From NCBI GenBank assembly GCA_963799485.1, contig CAWCXJ010000010.1, forward strand, positions 9,357-73,356: a stretch of 64,000 nt of DNA, given 5' to 3'. The position numbers and the translations under genes were made by a program. This document shows, in pieces, positions 40,976 to 51,080 of this stretch (positions within the stretch are counted from its first letter, which is position 1; every line of letters starts with the position of its first letter). The stretch comes from an uncultured Trueperaceae bacterium. GTDB lineage: Bacteria > Deinococcota > Deinococci > Deinococcales > Trueperaceae. The notes beneath the pieces are model-generated. The model had not been told where the DNA came from. It did no database searches and saw only the letters and a program-made list of their open reading frames with translations.

Positions 40976-41443
40976 GTGCAGACCTCACCTGGGCCTAAAA
41001 CTGCCACCCGAACGCCAAGTAAACCCGCTAGAGCCGAACTCGTCGATGAATTCGGCGGTCACGCCCTGCAGCTGATGTGGACGCTCCGCCAAGACGCAGC
41101 CCAGGCGTTCGGCCCGCTCGGGTTTCGCGCGGCCCGGGCGCTCCTGCTCGAGTTCGTCGGACGCGGCTACACACAACCCAAAGAGTTAGCCGAGCGCCTC
41201 GGCGTCGTTCCGCCCGCTGTCTCGACCATTATCGCCGAGCTGACCGAAAGGGGCTTTTTGACGCGCCAAAGCGACCCGAGCGACGGACGCCGGGTACAGC
41301 TGAGCCTGACCGAAACCGGTCGGCGGGCACGCGCGCAGCTGCGCGAGGTGTGGAACGGCGCAGGGGCGGAACGGCTGGGCAGTTTTTCAGACGAGGAGTT
41401 GGAGACCTTCGTCCACCTCTGCCGTAAACTGCTCGCGGTTTGA
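40976..41443 (+). CDS. MarR family transcriptional regulator
   Basis: PKELAERLGV...VSTII.EL.ERG.L.R..DP.DGRRV.L.LTETG. Confidence 0.93.
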   Translation: MQTSPGPKTATRTPSKPARAELVDEFGGHALQLMWTLRQDAAQAFGPLGFRAARALLLEFVGRGYTQPKELAERLGVVPPAVSTIIAELTERGFLTRQSDPSDGRRVQLSLTETGRRARAQLREVWNGAGAERLGSFSDEELETFVHLCRKLLAV

Positions 41444-41480
41444 GGTTGAACGGGCGGCTCGAGCAGAGGCCCGTTCAGCC
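41444..41480. terminator. Hairpin between convergent MarR and galK
   Basis: GGTTGAACGGGC...GCCCGTTCAGCC. Confidence 0.55.
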
Positions 41481-41585
41481 AAGCCAGCTAAACAGCTTTT
41501 ATCGGTAGGTTTACCCCGGATGACGCCCGTTCGACCCCGGTCAAAACGCCTTGCAGGGGGGACAGGTCACCCTTTGAGCCAGCGC

Positions 41586-42743
41586 CTACGAAACGACCGA
41601 CGCGCCCGCTGCGCCGCGACAAACGTACAGCGCAGGCTCGAGGCCCGTCGCCTGTTTGTACGCTTTAGCTACACGTTCGGTAAAACGCCCCGCAGCCGCC
41701 TCTTGCACGAGCGCCACCGCACACCCGGCAAAACCGCCACCGGTCATCCGCGCGCCGTAACAAGACGGTTCCGCTTGGGCAAACGAGACCATCTTATCGA
41801 GCTCGGAAGACGAAATTTCAAAATCGTCGCGCATCGATGCGTGGCTCTCGATCATCAGCCGCCCCAACTGTTCAGCGTCGCCCTTTTCCATCGCCGCTGC
41901 CGCCGCCTCGGTACGGTCATTTTCAGTGATGATGTGACGGGCGCGGCGGCGGGTCAGTTCGGGCAGTTCGGCTTCTCTTGTCAGGAACTGTGCTTCGCTC
42001 ACGTCACGCAGCGCCGGAACACCGAAAAACGCAGCGGCTTCTTCGCACTGACGGCGGCGGTCGTTGTATTCCGAATCGACGTGCCGGTGACGGGTTGCCG
42101 TGTCCATCACCACGACAACGGTTTTGTCCGGCACCGGCACAGGGGTCGTTTCCAGACTGCGGCAGTCGATAAGGAGCGCCGACCCCGCTTCGCCGCACGC
42201 CGAGATGAGCTGATCCATAATGCCCGTCATCGCCCCGACCCATTCGTTTTCCGCGCGCTGCGCGAGCTTCGCCATCCGTTTAGGCTCCCAGGGAAAACCC
42301 GACGCTACCGAAAACGCCTGCATGGTCGCAAGTTCCAACGCCGCCGACGACGACAACCCCGCTCCGGCGGGTACATCGCTCGCCAACACGCCCTCCCAAC
42401 CCGAGAGGGTAAAGCCGTCTTCTTGTAAAGCCCACGCGACACCCTTGAGGTATTCGGCCCAACCGTCACCTTTTTGCAGGTCAGTGAGCTCAAAGGTTGT
42501 CTCACCCCGGCCCAACGACGCCACCACGACCCGTGTGTCGGCGCGGCGGCGGAGTGCCAGATAAGTAGCGCGCTCGAGCGCCAAGGGCAACACGAACCCG
42601 TCGTTGTAGTCGGTGTGTTCACCGATCAAGTTGACCCGGCCCGGAGCCTGAACTACGGCCTCCGGCACAGTTCCAAAACGTTCCTTAAAAGCTTGTGTTA
42701 CTTCGGCGGCTAAATCCATGCGTTCCACTCTACCTTCATCCAT
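41586..42743 (-). CDS. galK: Galactokinase (alternative start 42719)
   Basis: [46 protein letters not shown]. Confidence 0.96.
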   Translation of the reverse strand: MDEGRVERMDLAAEVTQAFKERFGTVPEAVVQAPGRVNLIGEHTDYNDGFVLPLALERATYLALRRRADTRVVVASLGRGETTFELTDLQKGDGWAEYLKGVAWALQEDGFTLSGWEGVLASDVPAGAGLSSSAALELATMQAFSVASGFPWEPKRMAKLAQRAENEWVGAMTGIMDQLISACGEAGSALLIDCRSLETTPVPVPDKTVVVVMDTATRHRHVDSEYNDRRRQCEEAAAFFGVPALRDVSEAQFLTREAELPELTRRRARHIITENDRTEAAAAAMEKGDAEQLGRLMIESHASMRDDFEISSSELDKMVSFAQAEPSCYGARMTGGGFAGCAVALVQEAAAGRFTERVAKAYKQATGLEPALYVCRGAAGASVVS

Positions 42744-43716
42744 CCCGGTAACGCCGCAAAAACGCCAGCTTTTTCTGCACCTGAAACGACTCGCCCCCTT
42801 CGTGCCGGTTAAACGGCCAGACGACCAGCGCTTTTTCGCCCGCGTAGTGGTTATACGCCGCGTAGACGGTCGAGGGCGGACACACCTCGTCCATCAGACC
42901 GACCGAAAAGAGCGCCGACGCCTCCGCGTGCGCGGCGAAGTTTACGCCGTCGAAATACGCCAGGGTCTGAAATACGGTCTCCGCTTTGTCCCGGTGGGTT
43001 TTGCAGTACGCCGTAATTTCACCGTAAGGCAGCGCGTCGGTCAGCTCAGACGCGCGGCGGTAGGCGCATAGAAAAGGCACGTCGGGAAGCGCGAGTTGAA
43101 CCTTCGGAGCCAGCCCCAATCCTGCGAGCCCGGCGACGGCGAGCGTCAACCCGCCGCCCTGACTCCCGCCCGAAACCGCCAGACGGGTGGCGTCAACGCG
43201 TCCAAACGAGGCCGCAGCTTCTACGGCCCGCACCGCGTCGGTCATCAGGCGGCGGTAGTAGTAGGTGTGCGGGTCTAAAATCCCCCGCGTCATAAAACCG
43301 GGAGTGCTCGGGCCACTCATATATTCATCCGGCGTATCGCCCTGCCGCCAGACACTCCCCTGCCCGCGCGTGTCCATCACCAGGTGCGCGTAACCGGCGC
43401 TCGAGTACACCAGCCAGTCGGTCGGAAAGCCGCGCCCGCCGCCGTAACCGATGGTCTCTATGACGCACGGCAGGTTCGTTTCACCGCGCGGCAAGAGCAA
43501 CCAGCCCTTGATGGTCTGCCCCCCAAACCCGGCGAAGCTCACATCGAAAACGTCTAGAGTTCTGAGCCCTGCGTCAACCGGCGTAAACTGCGCGCCTAGC
43601 GGATAAGCCCGCGTTTCGGTGAGCGTTTGTGTCCAGAACGCCGTAAAGTCCTCCGGTTCTTGACGCGTCGGTAAGTAGGTCTCGAGCGCCTCTTGCGGCA
43701 GGTCGTACAGGGCCAT
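42736..43716 (-). CDS. Acetylxylan esterase / cephalosporin-C deacetylase (CE7)
   Basis: [24 protein letters not shown]. Confidence 0.92.
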   Translation of the reverse strand: MALYDLPQEALETYLPTRQEPEDFTAFWTQTLTETRAYPLGAQFTPVDAGLRTLDVFDVSFAGFGGQTIKGWLLLPRGETNLPCVIETIGYGGGRGFPTDWLVYSSAGYAHLVMDTRGQGSVWRQGDTPDEYMSGPSTPGFMTRGILDPHTYYYRRLMTDAVRAVEAAASFGRVDATRLAVSGGSQGGGLTLAVAGLAGLGLAPKVQLALPDVPFLCAYRRASELTDALPYGEITAYCKTHRDKAETVFQTLAYFDGVNFAAHAEASALFSVGLMDEVCPPSTVYAAYNHYAGEKALVVWPFNRHEGGESFQVQKKLAFLRRYRDG

Positions 43717-43805
43717 GTTTCACTCCTCTCTAAAAAGACCAGCATACCGTTCTAAACGGGTAGGCTTGAGTACGGCTTCGGGTATGTTTGAACGGAGGAG
43801 GTCAG

Positions 43806-44807
43806 GTGAACAAACTCAGATGGGGCGTGTTGGGTACCGCCCGAATCATCAGAAAGACCATCCCGGCACTTCAGGCTGCAAAAAACGGCGAAGTCGTCGG
43901 TGTTGCCAGCCGGAGTAGCACGAAAGCCAAAGAGCACGCCGTAAAACACGACGTTCCGCAGGCGTTCGGGAGTTACGAGGCGCTGCTCGCGTCACCCGAC
44001 ATCGACGCCGTGTATATCACGCTGCCCAACGCGCTGCACCATGAATGGGTCATCAAATCGCTCCGGGCAGGCAAACACGTCTTGTGCGAAAAGCCTTTGG
44101 CGATGCGCGCCGCCGAGTGTGAAGCCATCGAACACGTCGCCGCTGAAACCGACCTGAAAGTTCTGGAAGGCTTTATGTACCGTTTTCACCCGCGTTTTGA
44201 AAAGCTGCAGGAGCTGCTGCAAAAGCGGGTCGTCGGTGAGCTCAGGTTCGTCCGCGTGGCCCACTCGTTTGCCGCTGAGAACCGGGACAATATCCGCTGG
44301 TTTTCGGAACTCGGCGGCGGCGCACTCTTTGACGTCGGCTGTTACTGCGTCAACATCAGCCGGACGCTTGCGGGCGAAGAACCCGGTGACGTTTCCGCGT
44401 TTGCCAATTACGAAGCTGCTGCCGATGAGGGACGGGTAGACGTGAGCCTTGCAGGGCTGCTGCGGTTTCCGGGCGGGGCGACGGCGCTCTTTGATTGCGG
44501 CGTCGATTTGGAGCGGCGTAACCTGCTGGAAATCGTCGGGACGGCGGGGCGGCTCTATCTGAAAAATCCCTTTAGCTTGCTCGAAGAAGATTCGGTCATC
44601 GAAGAACATCACTTCGGGCAAGACACTATGGTGCACGAGATCAACGGCGAAAACCATTTTACCCGGATGGGTGAACACTTTGCCGACGCTGTGCTGAACA
44701 GCGCGCCGCTGCGCTACGGGTTGGGCGACGCGGTGGAGAATGCTCGAGTCCTAGAGGCGCTTTCAGAAGCGGCAAAGCGCAATGACGGGCGGGAGGTCGG
44801 AGTCTGA
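43806..44807 (+). CDS. Gfo/Idh/MocA family oxidoreductase
   Basis: LRWGVLGTARI, GKHVLCEKP, GGGALFDVGCY; GGAGGAGG RBS. Confidence 0.93.
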   Translation: MNKLRWGVLGTARIIRKTIPALQAAKNGEVVGVASRSSTKAKEHAVKHDVPQAFGSYEALLASPDIDAVYITLPNALHHEWVIKSLRAGKHVLCEKPLAMRAAECEAIEHVAAETDLKVLEGFMYRFHPRFEKLQELLQKRVVGELRFVRVAHSFAAENRDNIRWFSELGGGALFDVGCYCVNISRTLAGEEPGDVSAFANYEAAADEGRVDVSLAGLLRFPGGATALFDCGVDLERRNLLEIVGTAGRLYLKNPFSLLEEDSVIEEHHFGQDTMVHEINGENHFTRMGEHFADAVLNSAPLRYGLGDAVENARVLEALSEAAKRNDGREVGV

Positions 44808-44812
44808 CACGT

Positions 44813-45928
44813 ATGTCAAGAGATGAGATTTTAGAGACGGCTGAGACGTTATCCAAGGGATTTGCCGAGAGAGCCGCCGCAGCCGACCGCAACGGGACAC
44901 TTCCAGCTGAAGACGTTGCCGCGTTTAGAGCGTCGGGCTTGGCGGCGCTCAGCGTTCCGCAAAGTTACGGCGGGTTGGGCGCTGACTTAGGACTGGCGAC
45001 CGAAGTCTTGCTGAGGCTCGCGCAGGGCAGCACTTCGGCGGCGCTGGTCGCAGCCATGCAGGTCAACTTGTTCGGGCACAGCCTCGAGACACGCGCGTGG
45101 GGGGACCACACCGAAACCTTCTGCCAGCTTGCCGTAAAAGGCGAACTCTTTAACGCCGCCGCCAGCGAACCCCAACTCGGTTCACCGTCGCGGGGCGGGC
45201 TGCCGGAAACTTACGCCGAACGGCGCGGCAGCGCGCTCGTCTTAAACGGTCACAAGACCTGGGTCACGGGCGGCGAGCGCCTGGATCATCTGCTCGTGCG
45301 GGCCAGGGTCGGCGACGAAGCCAAAACCGTGTGGTGCCCGAACCACACGCCGGGCGTGCGCTGGGAAAGAACGTGGGGCGGCGGCCTCAGCCTCCGGGGG
45401 AGCGGGTCGAACGACGTGTTTTTTGAAGGCGTTGAGCTGCCTGCCTCGCATCTTCTAGACGACGGGCCGAAAGCCGTCAACGTCTGGTTTCCGCTGCTGA
45501 TCGGCGCAACTTACTTAGGTACGGCCTTAGCAGCACGTGACGCCGCCGTAAACTACGCCCAAACGCGCGTCCCGACGGCGCTCGGCAAACCCATCGCTAC
45601 CTTGCCGACGATTCAGCGGCAGTTGGGCGAGACGGAAGTCAAGCTGATGGCGGCGCGGGGTCTGCTTTTAGAAACCGCCGCTGCCTGGGACGCTCGGGGG
45701 GATAGAGAGGCGTTTTACCCCCGGGTCGTCGCTGCCAAGTACGTCTCCGTGGAAACGGCGCTGAGCGTCACCGAAGCGGCCCTCAGGCTGGCCGGGGGCT
45801 CCAGCCTCTCCCCCGAGCTGCCGCTCGAGCGCTTTTTCCGCGATGTTCGCGCCGGACTGATGCACCCACCTTCGGGCGACGCAGCTTTGGAGCTCGTCGG
45901 CAGACACCGTTTGGGCAATCCGGTTTGA
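44813..45928 (+). CDS. Acyl-CoA dehydrogenase family protein (possibly a flavin monooxygenase)
   Basis: VPQSYGGLG, SEP, LNGHKTWVTG, LERFFRDVRAG. Confidence 0.88.
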   Translation: MSRDEILETAETLSKGFAERAAAADRNGTLPAEDVAAFRASGLAALSVPQSYGGLGADLGLATEVLLRLAQGSTSAALVAAMQVNLFGHSLETRAWGDHTETFCQLAVKGELFNAAASEPQLGSPSRGGLPETYAERRGSALVLNGHKTWVTGGERLDHLLVRARVGDEAKTVWCPNHTPGVRWERTWGGGLSLRGSGSNDVFFEGVELPASHLLDDGPKAVNVWFPLLIGATYLGTALAARDAAVNYAQTRVPTALGKPIATLPTIQRQLGETEVKLMAARGLLLETAAAWDARGDREAFYPRVVAAKYVSVETALSVTEAALRLAGGSSLSPELPLERFFRDVRAGLMHPPSGDAALELVGRHRLGNPV

Positions 45929-45970
45929 GCTTCTAAAGCGCTGCCGTAAACCGGGAGTAGACTGTGCGCT

Positions 45971-47044
45971 ATGAACTTCCTCAACCTCTTGCTCGTGTTC
46001 GTCCCGGTGACGTTCTGGCTCGAGTTCACGCGCGCTTCGGACACCCTGGTTTTCGGTGCGGCAGCTTTGGCGATTTTGCCCCTTGCCGGACTGATGGGCA
46101 GCGCTACCGAACAGCTCGCCGTCCACACCGGCTCGACCATCGGCGGATTACTTAACGCCACTTTCGGTAACGCTACAGAGCTGATTATCGCGTTTTTTGC
46201 GCTCTCCGCCGGCAAGTTCGACGTCGTTAAAGCGTCCTTGACCGGCTCGATTATCGGCAATTTGCTCCTGGTTCTGGGCTTATCTATCTTTTTGGGCGGC
46301 CTCCGCTACCCCCGGCAGACCTTTAACGCCCACGCCGCGCAGGTCACGGCAAGCTTGCTGACGATTTCGGTTATCGCCTTTTTGGTTCCGGCGCTATTTG
46401 ACTTTACCGAACGCTCGTTCGGCGTCGCGCCCGGCGAAGTCCGCATCGACGACACCCGCTTGGCGCTCGGCGTGTCGGTCGTGCTTATTACTCTCTACAT
46501 TGCCAACATCGTCTTTAGCCTGATTACGCACCGCGATATGCTCTCGGAAGCCGATGAAGAGGAGCACGGCGACGCCTGGAACCCGCTCGCGGCTATCGGC
46601 GTTTTGGTCGGGGCGACGGTGTTAGTCGGGTTTATGTCGGAATATCTGGTGAGTTCTCTGGAAGGTTTTACCGCCGACTTCGGCCTGTCCGAATTTTTTG
46701 TCGGTCTGATCATCATTCCCATCGTCGGCAACGCCGCCGAACACGCCGCCGCCGTCGTCTTTGCGCTGAAAAACAAGATGGGGCTGGCCGTGACGATTGC
46801 GCTCGGTTCGACCACACAGATTGCGCTGTTAGTCGCGCCGCTGCTCGTTGTATTGTCGTTTGTTATTCAAAAGCCGATGGATTTGGTGCTGAACAATTCG
46901 CTCGAGCTCGTCGCGTTAGTCGCCGCCGTATTTATCGCCAATTCGGTCGCCCGCGACGGCGAGACGAACTGGCTCGAGGGCTTTATGCTGCTGGGCGTTT
47001 ACCTGATTCTGGGAATCGCCTTTTTCTTTTTGCCGAGTGCTTGA
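45971..47044 (+). CDS. cax: Calcium/proton exchanger
   Basis: NATFGNATE and IVGNAAEH alpha repeats; GETNWLEG. Confidence 0.93.
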   Translation: MNFLNLLLVFVPVTFWLEFTRASDTLVFGAAALAILPLAGLMGSATEQLAVHTGSTIGGLLNATFGNATELIIAFFALSAGKFDVVKASLTGSIIGNLLLVLGLSIFLGGLRYPRQTFNAHAAQVTASLLTISVIAFLVPALFDFTERSFGVAPGEVRIDDTRLALGVSVVLITLYIANIVFSLITHRDMLSEADEEEHGDAWNPLAAIGVLVGATVLVGFMSEYLVSSLEGFTADFGLSEFFVGLIIIPIVGNAAEHAAAVVFALKNKMGLAVTIALGSTTQIALLVAPLLVVLSFVIQKPMDLVLNNSLELVALVAAVFIANSVARDGETNWLEGFMLLGVYLILGIAFFFLPSA

Positions 47045-47067
47045 CGGGCGGCTCGCAGCTCGAGCCT

Positions 47068-47475
47068 TTACCTGCCGGAACGCGCCTCGTCGGCGAGCAA
47101 ATCGCGGATTTCCCGGAGCAGCGCGACCTCGAGCGGCAATTCTTCGGCGGTCTCAGACTCGGCCTCTTGACGCCGAAAGTTCTGCGCCGCCGTGGCAAGC
47201 CGCACCACCACGAACATGGCAAACGCAACGATCAAAAAGTTGATGATGGTGTTTAGAAACGCGCCGTAGCGAATTACGACCTGACTGTTCAGGCGCAGTA
47301 CCAAGTCTTGAAAATCTACCCCGCCGACCAGGTAACCAATCGGCGGCATGATCACGTCGTCTACGAGTGAAGTGGTAATCGCACCGAACGCCGCGCCGAG
47401 TACGACGGCGACCGCGAGGTCTAAAACGTTGCCGCGAGCGATGAAAAGCTGAAAATCCTTGAAAAATCCGCGCAT
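47068..47475 (-). CDS. mscL: Large-conductance mechanosensitive channel
   Basis: F..FIARGNVLDLAVAVVLGAAF, YGAFL, LLREIRDLL; AGGAGG RBS. Confidence 0.96.
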   Translation of the reverse strand: MRGFFKDFQLFIARGNVLDLAVAVVLGAAFGAITTSLVDDVIMPPIGYLVGGVDFQDLVLRLNSQVVIRYGAFLNTIINFLIVAFAMFVVVRLATAAQNFRRQEAESETAEELPLEVALLREIRDLLADEARSGR

Positions 47476-47514
47476 ACGAGCCTCCTGAAACTTCCCCGCG
47501 CCCAATATACCCGC

Positions 47515-47883
47515 TCAGCTCAGGGGGTCGGTAAAGCGTTGGAACTCGAGCCGGTACCCATCCGGGTCACGGGCAAAAAAGTGATAGATACCGAAACGCT
47601 CGCTCTGTTTAGGCGGCGCTTCGGTATAAACGCCTAGCTCGGTGAGTTTACGGTACGCGCCGTCTACCTCGCCCGGCACGAGCGTCAGGATAAGGCCGGG
47701 GGGTTCGGGCACTTGACTATGCCGACAAAAACCCAGGTATCCGCCTGAGGCAGCCCGGAAGAGGACACAGCTACCCTGGTCTCTGGCAACCTCTAGCCCT
47801 AAAGCTTGGTAGCACTCGGCTGTCCGCACCAAATCGCGGCAGGGGTAAAAACCGATAAAGCTGTCTGGCTTTAAGTCTGTCAA
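47515..47883 (-). CDS. VOC/glyoxalase family protein
   Basis: DL..T..CY..LGL, YHFFARDPDGYRLEFQ. Confidence 0.85.
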   Translation of the reverse strand: MTDLKPDSFIGFYPCRDLVRTAECYQALGLEVARDQGSCVLFRAASGGYLGFCRHSQVPEPPGLILTLVPGEVDGAYRKLTELGVYTEAPPKQSERFGIYHFFARDPDGYRLEFQRFTDPLS

Positions 47884-47890
47884 GGTCGGG

Positions 47891-48772
47891 TCAATAATCC
47901 ACCGGACGCAGGTAGAACTCACCGATAGCAGTGCTCGAGACCACCGCCGAGATCGGCAGTTCACGTTTCCAGTGCGTCCTTGCCACCAACCCTTTGACCA
48001 GCACTATTTCAGCTTCGGTAAACCCCAATCCCTGAATGTACGCGTCCTCGAACCCGGCTAGATGGTGAACTAAGATCGTATCGGCCCGTTCATACGAGAT
48101 GCCCAGGTCGGCCTCATCGGACTGCCCGACCACGAGGTCGGCTGAAGGCGGTTTTTGCGAGATTTCTTTCGGAACGCCCAGGTATTCAGCTAACGCCCGC
48201 ACCTGCGTTTTGAAAAGGTCGCCCAAAGGATTGACCGGGGCGGCGTCGGCCACGTCGTGCCAGGTGTAGTAACCGAACATCCGTTCGGTTTTGTTACCCG
48301 TTCCCAGATGTACCGCGTTCAGTTCGGCGGACTTATCGAAGGCGACGACCATCCGCGCCCGCGCCATCACGTTGCCTTTACGCAGCGGCGTCATATTGGG
48401 GACTAAAGCCGCGTAGCCGTCGACCATGCCGGTGATATCGACGGTTTCAGACGGAACGCCTAGGTCGTCGATCACGAGTTGCGCGTGCTTTAAGGACTCC
48501 GCATGCGACGTTCTGTAAGGCAGCCGCAGCGCGTGAACATTTTCTGCGCCGAACGCCCGCACTGCCAGGTAAATTGTCACGGCGCTGTCGATGCCCCCTG
48601 AAAGCGGCACAATAACGCGCCCGAAGCCTTTACGCCGCGTGACCTCATCGCGTAAAAACGCCACTAGAAAGTCGGTTGTGACCGGCAGCTCGAGCGTGAG
48701 CGATTTGCGTGGGCGGCCCTCAGCCCTTAGAACAGGCAGCGCTTCTACGTCGCGGTTTAGTGCCTTACTCAC
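47891..48772 (-). CDS. nadE: NAD+ synthase (synthetase subunit)
   Basis: LSGGIDSA, GNVMARARM, GTGNKTE..GY.T, KPPSADL..GQSDE. Confidence 0.95.
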   Translation of the reverse strand: MSKALNRDVEALPVLRAEGRPRKSLTLELPVTTDFLVAFLRDEVTRRKGFGRVIVPLSGGIDSAVTIYLAVRAFGAENVHALRLPYRTSHAESLKHAQLVIDDLGVPSETVDITGMVDGYAALVPNMTPLRKGNVMARARMVVAFDKSAELNAVHLGTGNKTERMFGYYTWHDVADAAPVNPLGDLFKTQVRALAEYLGVPKEISQKPPSADLVVGQSDEADLGISYERADTILVHHLAGFEDAYIQGLGFTEAEIVLVKGLVARTHWKRELPISAVVSSTAIGEFYLRPVDY

Positions 48773-49641
48773 TTGACGGTCTCTCCTGCCTCTTGAAAGG
48801 CGCGCACCAGCTCGGGCAGGTTTGTCCGCAGGTCGGCTAACAGCGGATTCTCGTAACGGGCCGTTTGGATGCTCTCCAAATGCACGTCTGTGACGATAAT
48901 CTGCTCGTCGAACAGCTCACCTTTGGCAACCACCACGCCGTAAGGATCCATCATGTGCGACATCCCCGAAAAACCCTTGCCTCCCTCGAACCCGGTGAGG
49001 CAGGTCGTCAGCACGTAAACGCCGTGCTCGGCGGCGATGCCTTTAGCGGTATCTTCCCAGCGGCGGGCGTTCACAGGCTCCGCGCCGGTCAAATCGCGTA
49101 CCGGGCTGGCAGTTGGAATATACAAGATGTCGGCCCCTTTGAGCGCCAGCACCGCCGCCGTCGAAGCGTGCCACGCGTCCTCGCAGATCAGCACTCCGGC
49201 GCGTCCGAAACGGGTGCCAAAGGCGTCCAAACGCCAACCACGTGAGACAAAACGCTCCTCATCGAAAACGCCGTAGGTCGGCAGGAACAGTTTACGGTGG
49301 ACATGCCGGATACCGGCGTTCGGCGTGTTGAACTCGGCGTACATCGCGCTATTAAAAAATGCGCCGCCGTCGCGTTCGTAGAACCCGGTGCAGATGTCGA
49401 GCGGGTCGGTGCGTCCGGCTTCTATTACGGCGCGCTGCAAGTGTTCAAAAAGAGCGTCAGCGGTCAGCGCCTGTTCGCGGACGCCCGCCTGCAAAAAGTA
49501 GCCGGTCAACGCGGTTTCAGGGAGCGTCAGCACGTCTACTTGCTCACCTTCCAGCTGCCGAACGATCTCTGAAAGCCGCGCCAGATTCCTGTCCAGTTGC
49601 GATTTATGCGGCTTAAACTGCACGAGTGCGTGACGTATCAT
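48769..49641 (-). CDS. Nitrilase-family hydrolase, probable glutaminase subunit of NAD synthetase
   Basis: PETALTGY, HRKLFLPTYGVFDEERF, LICEDAWH (E-K-C triad); 4-bp overlap with nadE. Confidence 0.88.
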   Translation of the reverse strand: MIRHALVQFKPHKSQLDRNLARLSEIVRQLEGEQVDVLTLPETALTGYFLQAGVREQALTADALFEHLQRAVIEAGRTDPLDICTGFYERDGGAFFNSAMYAEFNTPNAGIRHVHRKLFLPTYGVFDEERFVSRGWRLDAFGTRFGRAGVLICEDAWHASTAAVLALKGADILYIPTASPVRDLTGAEPVNARRWEDTAKGIAAEHGVYVLTTCLTGFEGGKGFSGMSHMMDPYGVVVAKGELFDEQIIVTDVHLESIQTARYENPLLADLRTNLPELVRAFQEAGETVK

Positions 49642-49845
49642 CGGCTTTATTCTACCTGTTTGGGCCGGAGCGCCGGTTCGAGAGCTTGCTTGTCTTATGG
49701 CTGGGGCGCTGCCAAGCCGCCGGGCGATTTAGTAGTGGTCGATCACAAGCCCTGCAGCTGTGAGATTTCGTGCTTCAGACTGCCAAACGCCTTGCGCTGT
49801 GTCTTTTTACCGACCGTTTCGCCGTTTGCTCTTTAGGCTGACGCT

Positions 49846-50292
49846 ATGGCACCTATCCCCGCCATCTTCCTCGCCATACCGAATACTCACCCCTCGCTTA
49901 GCGTTCCCGGTCACTACACGCGGCTCCTTTGCGGCGCACCTCTAAGCGTTATTTTGGAGAGCTTGCAAACCGCCGCTACACCCCCCGAACTCATTGTACT
50001 AGACGCTTTTACGGTGTTGGGGGGCGGCCTCGGCACCTTAACTTCGCTAAAAAAGACGGTCGCCCGAAGTGGCGCGACGCTGCTCCTCGTCAGCGGTTTA
50101 GATGAAAATCTTACCGGCTGGGTGGCCCAGGCAACCGGCGCACACGCAGCTGTTTTGGAGAGACCCCAAGCCGAACCCTTTGCCCGACTTGCTGAACTGC
50201 TTCTCAGCGAGCGAGCCGCTGCCGCAGCGCTTCATAAAGAAGCAGCGCCCCGGCCGTCGCTACGTTCAGGCTATCTGCCTGTCCCTGCATAG
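49846..50292 (+). CDS. Hypothetical protein with degenerate receiver-like fold
   Basis: PELIVLD...LLLVSG...GA.A..L.RP; TAGGCT 6 nt before ATG; 3' end overlaps the TrmH gene. Confidence 0.6.
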   Translation: MAPIPAIFLAIPNTHPSLSVPGHYTRLLCGAPLSVILESLQTAATPPELIVLDAFTVLGGGLGTLTSLKKTVARSGATLLLVSGLDENLTGWVAQATGAHAAVLERPQAEPFARLAELLLSERAAAAALHKEAAPRPSLRSGYLPVPA

Positions 50293-50998
50293 GAATCTTT
50301 ACGGCCTCGCCTGCGGCCAACCACTCGGGCGATAAACCGCTATGTTCTGCGCCGAGTACGGCGGCGGTGCGGCCCGCAAAGTCGGCGTCCCAGTAAAGCG
50401 TGTCGGCGTGCGGCGTGGCGGCGACGAGCGAAAACTGTTCACGCCCTAGCCACGCTAAAAGTTCAGCGCTTTTTACGGCGAGCGCCGGGACACTAAAGAC
50501 GCTGCCCATACTCGAGCGCACCACATTCGGGTTCTCTAGATCGGTGCCGTACCCGGTCGTAAAAAGCGCGTGTGCGCCTACTCCGTCGGCAGTTCGCAGG
50601 AGCGCGCCCAAGTTGCCGGGTTTCTCGAGCCCCTCGACCACCACCACAAGCGCGTCGTCGGGCAAGATCAAATCGGTAAGACGTTTTTCGTGTCGTTCAG
50701 CTACGGCGATGATGCCGTCGGGATGTTCACGGTAGCTGAGCACCTTGAAGGCCGCCCCGGAAAGTTCGGTTACGCTGACACCGCAAGTCTGGGCTAGCTC
50801 GAGAACACTTTGCCCTTCACTACCCAAAAAAGCCGGACAGAAGTAGAGGGTCTCGAGCCTGAATCCGGCCTCGAGTGCCCGTGTGACCTCTCGTGCTCCC
50901 TCGATTAAAAAACGCGCTTCGCGTTCCCGTATTCGCCGCGACTTGAGTTTAGCCGCCGCCCGAACTTCGGGGTTTTGCGCCGAGCTGATCCGCTTCAC
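50204..50998 (-). CDS. TrmH/SpoU family RNA methyltransferase
   Basis: EKPGNLGALLRTA, VLGAEHSGL, IPMQGQADSLNVA. Confidence 0.95.
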   Translation of the reverse strand: MKRISSAQNPEVRAAAKLKSRRIREREARFLIEGAREVTRALEAGFRLETLYFCPAFLGSEGQSVLELAQTCGVSVTELSGAAFKVLSYREHPDGIIAVAERHEKRLTDLILPDDALVVVVEGLEKPGNLGALLRTADGVGAHALFTTGYGTDLENPNVVRSSMGSVFSVPALAVKSAELLAWLGREQFSLVAATPHADTLYWDADFAGRTAAVLGAEHSGLSPEWLAAGEAVKIPMQGQADSLNVATAGALLLYEALRQRLAR

Positions 50999-51080
50999 CT
51001 GCTTACCATACCGCGCACCAGCTTGCGAAAAAGGCGCTTCAGCGTTTAGAGTTAATCGGTTGCGTACCTGGAGAACCCAT

